In this document: piece by piece, positions 63,656-64,000 of the stretch
Position numbering within the stretch: position 1 is the stretch's first letter
Layout: each line of letters begins with the position of its first letter
Assembly: GCF_018977255.1 (NCBI RefSeq)
Contig: NW_024704742.1
Coordinates: forward strand, 41,230,001-41,294,000
Source of the DNA: Callorhinchus milii
Lineage: Eukaryota
Reading direction: 5' to 3'
DNA: 64,000 nucleotides
The notes under the pieces: model-generated
The model's input: the letters and a program-made list of their open reading frames with translations, nothing else
Told to the model about the DNA's origin: nothing
Database searches by the model: none
Program-made: the position numbers and the translations under genes

Positions 63656-64000
63656 CTTATATATAGCATCTATGATGTGTTATTGATACTGTTCTTGAGA
63701 TACGGCTGTGCCTGCAAGGACCGTTTTAATTGGTTAATTTTAAGTCTCCTGTGCATTGGTGGCAGTGTGGTTGCTATGGGAACATTTATTTAGCACATGA
63801 TTTTGCCCAACACTTGAATGATGGGGAAACAGGCAATATAGTTTAAGCACTTAGTCAGCTATGATAAAATATGAATATTAGTCATGATTTGTGTTCTTTC
63901 ATGGGCTGAATACCACCAGCCAATCCACGGTGTAAAATAATTTTGTGTATTGGGGTATCTCCTAGAAAAGGTCAAACATTTATTTATAAGTTTACTACTT

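Overview
Vertebrate genomic DNA, most likely a cartilaginous fish (chimaera or shark), judged from a dense tRNA-Ala/Deu-domain SINE, L2 and CR1 repeat landscape. I assembled four complete intron-containing genes by hand from splice sites and reading frame: QDPR (-, 7 coding exons), CLRN2 (+, 3), LAP3 (+, 13) and MED28 (+, 4). Their order and orientation match the human QDPR-CLRN2-LAP3-MED28 block. Two things do not fit that block: a frameshifted OTOP1-like (otopetrin proton channel) exon between QDPR and CLRN2, and the 5' part of a multi-exon gene with a Haspin-like N-terminus directly after MED28. The rest is retroelements (nested CR1/L2, young SINEs, a Vingi-like relic), three large minisatellites, a long inverted repeat and an assembly gap. 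I see no clear-cut new biological system. The best leads are the otopetrin relic, the intron-containing Haspin-like gene, a candidate upstream QDPR promoter/mini-exon, inverted SINEs bracketing MED28 exons 2-3, LAP3 lacking the internal cytosolic start Met, and an unexplained 237-codon intronic ORF. Homology calls are from memory of the protein families; no searches were run.
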